Source: Chiloscyllium plagiosum (Eukaryota). Taken from it: a DNA stretch of 64,000 bases. A program made the position numbers and the translations under genes. The notes below the pieces were generated by a model. It saw only the letters and a program-made list of their open reading frames with translations. It had not been told where the DNA came from and made no database searches. The DNA lies in the NCBI RefSeq assembly GCF_004010195.1, contig NC_057719.1:49189336-49253335 (forward strand). The letters run 5' to 3'. Shown piece after piece: positions 61,973-64,000 of this stretch (position 1 is the stretch's first letter; every line of letters begins with the position of its first letter).

Positions 61973-62571
61973 GGAAATGTGTTGCTGGAAAAGCGCAGCA
62001 GGTCAGGCAGCATCCAGGGAACAGGAGAATCGACATTTCGGGCATAAGCCCTTCTTCAGGAATGAATAATGAGGAAAGTTTGTCCAGCAGGCTAAGATAA
62101 AAGGTAGGGAGGAGGGACTTGGGGGAGGGGTGTCGGAAATGTGATAGGTGGAAAGAGGTCAAGGTGAGGGTGAAAGGTCAGACTGGGGTGGGGCGGAGAG
62201 GTCGGGAAGAAGATTGCAGGTTAGGAAGGCGGTGCTGAATTCGATGGATTTGACTGAGACAGGGTGGGGGGAGGGGAAATGAGGAAACTAGTGAAATCCG
62301 AGTTCATCCCTTGTGGTTGGAGGGTTCCTAGGCGGAAGATGAGGCGTTCTTCCTCCAACCGTCGTTTTGTTGTGGTCTGACGATGGAGGAGTCCAAAGAC
62401 CTGCATATCCTTGGTGGAGTGGGAGGGGGAATTGAAATGTTGAGCTACAGGGTGGTTGGGTTGGTTGGTCCGGGTGTCCCAGAGGTGTTCTCTGAAACGC
62501 TCCGCAAGTAGCCGGCCTGTCTCCCCAATATAGAGGAGGCCACATCGGGTGCAGAGGATGCAATAGATGAT
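61973..62571 (-). mobile_element. Penelope-like family A, GIY-YIG domain plus pLTR, 11-bp TSD
   Basis: IIYCILCTRCGLLYIGETGRLLAERFREHL; atcagtgagct at 61962-61972 and 62572-62582. Confidence 0.9.
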
Positions 62572-62689
62572 ATCAGTGAGCTTCAGGTGAAGCACAGGTG
62601 TTATGTTCTGCTTTCTATTTGTGCTTAAGTCTCCTTGGGTTGGTGATGTCATTTTATGTTTTGCTGATAAGAACAGGAAGTTTTGTTAA

Positions 62690-63285
62690 AACTAGACAAG
62701 GTACTAGTCAGACCACAGTTGGATTACTGAAAACAGTTTGGTTCCTTTATCTAAGCAAAGATATGCTGGCATTGGAGGAAGTCCAGAGAAGGTTCACAAA
62801 GTTAATTTTGGATGTAGGTTTGCTTGCTGAGCTGGAAGGTTCATTTTCAAACGTTTTGTCAACATCTTCAGTGACCCTCTGGATGAAGCACTGGTGGTGC
62901 AGCTCGCTTTCAGTTTATATGTTTTGGTATGATTTTGGGTATGAAGGGATTCTCTTATCAGGAGAGGTTGAATAGGTTGTGCCTGTAGTCATTGGGCTAT
63001 AGAAGAATGAGAGGAGACCTTATTGAAGCACACATGATAATTATGGGACTTGACAGGATAGATACAAAATGGTTGTTTGTCCTTGTGCTCGACTCGAGGA
63101 CTGAACAATCTAATCTGAGTAACAGGCGATAAAGGGTTTTTTTTTAATCTGAGAATGGAATCATTGGAATTCTTTACTGAGGAGGGTGTCAAGACTAGGT
63201 TGTTAAGTATATTCAAGGCTGAGATAGATTTTTTTGTAAGGGAATTTGAGATAAGGCAGGAAAGTGGAGTTGAGGATTATCAGAT
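62690..63285 (+). mobile_element. Old CR1 3' fragment with a Penelope family B pLTR (62811-62925, minus strand) nested in it
   Basis: KDMLALEEVQRRFTKLI, then a family B repeat, then the CR1 C-terminal region resumes. Confidence 0.7.
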
Positions 63286-64000
63286 TTGTCTACATCTGCT
63301 TTGGTGTTTTATAGTCTTGTGAAGCAGAAGTGATCCCTCCCCCAAAGTAGACAACATTCATTATAGAGCCAAAAACTCTCAACTCTGGAAATAACTAGCC
63401 ATCATTGAAAACAATAGCTGTAATTTCTCCTAGTGAAACGTGTGTCCTTAATACATCATGGGACAGAAATTGCGAGGTCTATGTCATGGGTGATTTCAGG
63501 CTTTGTTAGGGTAGTGTCATTGAAAGTAAGTCCCTGCCTCCCCTGTGCACTGAAGCAATGTGGTTCATGTGGTTACCTGAGCCATAGTAAAATCTGAGGG
63601 AGTGAGGATTAAAGAGGAGGTCATCACCACACAGAGACCCCTTTGGCCAGCTGAGGTGTAGGGGCCTGAGGGAAAAGCTGGACCTGACATTATCCTTATG
63701 ACAGACTTAGAAATGATTTCACACGAGTTAACCAGAGTGGTGATTTTTAACAGATTCTCCCAGCTATACGCTCCCTCAATGTAAAAGAAGCGAGCTGTGA
63801 CACCATGGCCAAAGGCCCGCTCAAGAAACTGCAGGATGACATTGGAAGGATACTGGGCGAAGAGCATATTGATTTCTACCAGCTTTAGTATCAAACAATC
63901 TTCCACTGAAATACTCAATGCATTTGCAGAGACGTCATGTTTGTTGCCACAAGATCTGCTTAGAGGAGGGAGAGAAACCAGATCGGGGGTGAAGACTGAG

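Larger units (their letters stand above)
61530..62660 (-). mobile_element. Penelope family B pLTR split by two later insertions
   Basis: Pieces 61530-61620, 61940-61972 and 62583-62660 reassemble into the reverse complement of 5190-5385. Confidence 0.7.

Overview
Vertebrate genomic DNA, almost certainly a shark (the repeat set is HE1-type SINEs, HER1/CR1 LINEs and Penelope-like elements). The window holds the 3' 15 coding exons of EXOC5/Sec10 (exocyst component 5) on the + strand, 7811-54780. All are flanked by AG acceptors and GT donors and splice into one open frame ending in TGA. The exons equivalent to human exons 1-3 were not found and probably lie upstream. A roughly 6-kb AT-rich putative 3'UTR follows, free of young transposons. 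The introns are dense with retroelements, several of them nested: CR1 (one near full length), an older single-ORF LINE, Rex/Babar, L2, SINEs and two Penelope-like families whose terminal repeats carry minimal hammerhead-ribozyme motifs. The most unusual structures are (1) a 499-bp near-perfect palindrome centred on an orphan SINE tail (25146-25644), (2) TSD-flanked fold-back Penelope/hammerhead mini-insertions that break at one shared position, and (3) a LINE family that appears to share a tRNA-like SINE head and whose 5' part and 3' tail are fused in short copies. There is an assembly gap at 38365-38842. Family names are from recall of sequence families, not from database searches.
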